Shown here piece by piece: positions 63,640 to 64,000 of a stretch of 64,000 bases of DNA; position 1 is the first letter of the stretch; the number at the start of each line of letters is the position of its first letter. The position numbers were made by a program, and so were the translations under genes. The stretch is from an uncultured Nitrososphaeraceae archaeon (lineage in GTDB: Archaea > Thermoproteota > Nitrososphaeria > Nitrososphaerales > Nitrososphaeraceae). A model generated the notes under the pieces. That model did not search any database and was not told where the DNA came from. It worked only from the letters and a program-made list of their open reading frames with translations. The stretch covers positions 74,366 to 138,365 of the forward strand of contig CAVXZB010000064.1 in assembly GCA_963765895.1 (NCBI GenBank), written 5' to 3'.

Positions 63640-63830
63640 TTACTCACAATTCGCGCTCTTTGTATCAAAGCCTGGCTGAAAGCCGGTAATTGTGTCTATA
63701 CCTGCACCTCAGTTAAACTGATCACTTCCTGGACCACCAGTAAGTACATTATTACCATCGTTACCATATACTTGGTCATTGCCGGAATCTCCTTTAATGA
63801 TGTCATTTCCTGCATTGCCATTTATAGAAA
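63640..63830 (-). pseudogene. RTX/hemolysin-type Ca-binding repeat protein remnant
   Basis: GNAGNDII, GDSGNDQV, GNDGNNVL and GGPGSDQF nonapeptides; reads on past TGA 63709 as GAGIDTITGF...DTKSANCE*. Confidence 0.65.
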
Positions 63831-64000
63831 ATTTCGAATTAGATTTGTATTGATCACTGGTTTTGGTAATAATATACATGACTGATGTGTGTATCACGAT
63901 ACTTATCCTTTTCAAGCGCATAATCATGGTACTTTATTCGGTAGGACCAGAATAACAAGTCGCCGAAATGGATCGCTCACTATTTGTGTGCCCTTTTACT

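Larger units (their letters stand above)
51242..64000. mobile_element. tRNA-integrated plasmid-like element; right boundary not seen
   Basis: Integrase about 95 bp after the tRNA 3' end, followed by regulators, a Prim-Pol/helicase, an iteron cluster and decayed accessory genes; switch from core to accessory content. Confidence 0.75.

Noticed and set aside
63559-63885. 108-aa plus-strand ORF
   Set aside because: It is antisense to the RTX nonapeptide repeats, which better explain the sequence.
51242-64000. attR copy of the tRNA-Ile2 3' end
   Set aside because: No match to GGTTCAAACCCCTTGGGCCCA found by eye, so the right boundary is unassigned.
51242-64000. Provirus or conjugative element
   Set aside because: No capsid, terminase, portal, VirB4 or relaxase-like ORFs are recognisable within the window.

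Overview
AT-rich archaeal window, most consistent with an ammonia-oxidising archaeon (Nitrososphaerota, probably Nitrososphaerales). This assignment is inferred from gene content: archaeal primase, Rpo10, archaeal mevalonate/isoprenoid genes, an 11-subunit complex I, a GDGT-ring-synthase-like radical SAM enzyme and archaeal tRNAs. Positions 1-51.2 kb are core genome: mtnA, priS/priL, nfo, glyS, the rpoN-eno-rps2-MEMO-mvk-ipk-fni-idsA-gltX run, tldD/pmbA, a geranylgeranyl reductase, nuoABCDHIJKMLN, and four tRNAs (Ala-GGC, Leu-GAG, Glu-TTC with a D-loop intron, Ile2-CAT). Many essential genes carry single-base frameshifts, most likely sequencing or assembly indels. From the 3' end of tRNA-Ile2 (about 51.24 kb) there is an integrated plasmid-like element. 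It encodes a tyrosine integrase, a divergent wHTH/RHH regulator pair, small Cys-rich proteins and a Prim-Pol/SF3-like helicase. Directly after the replicase lies a candidate origin: nine TCCCCACG-type iterons around a 41-nt pure A/T tract. Accessory genes follow (MFS transporter, patatin, decayed K+ channel, RTX-repeat remnant). No attR and no CRISPR array were seen. All calls come from reading motifs by eye; no database searches were run.
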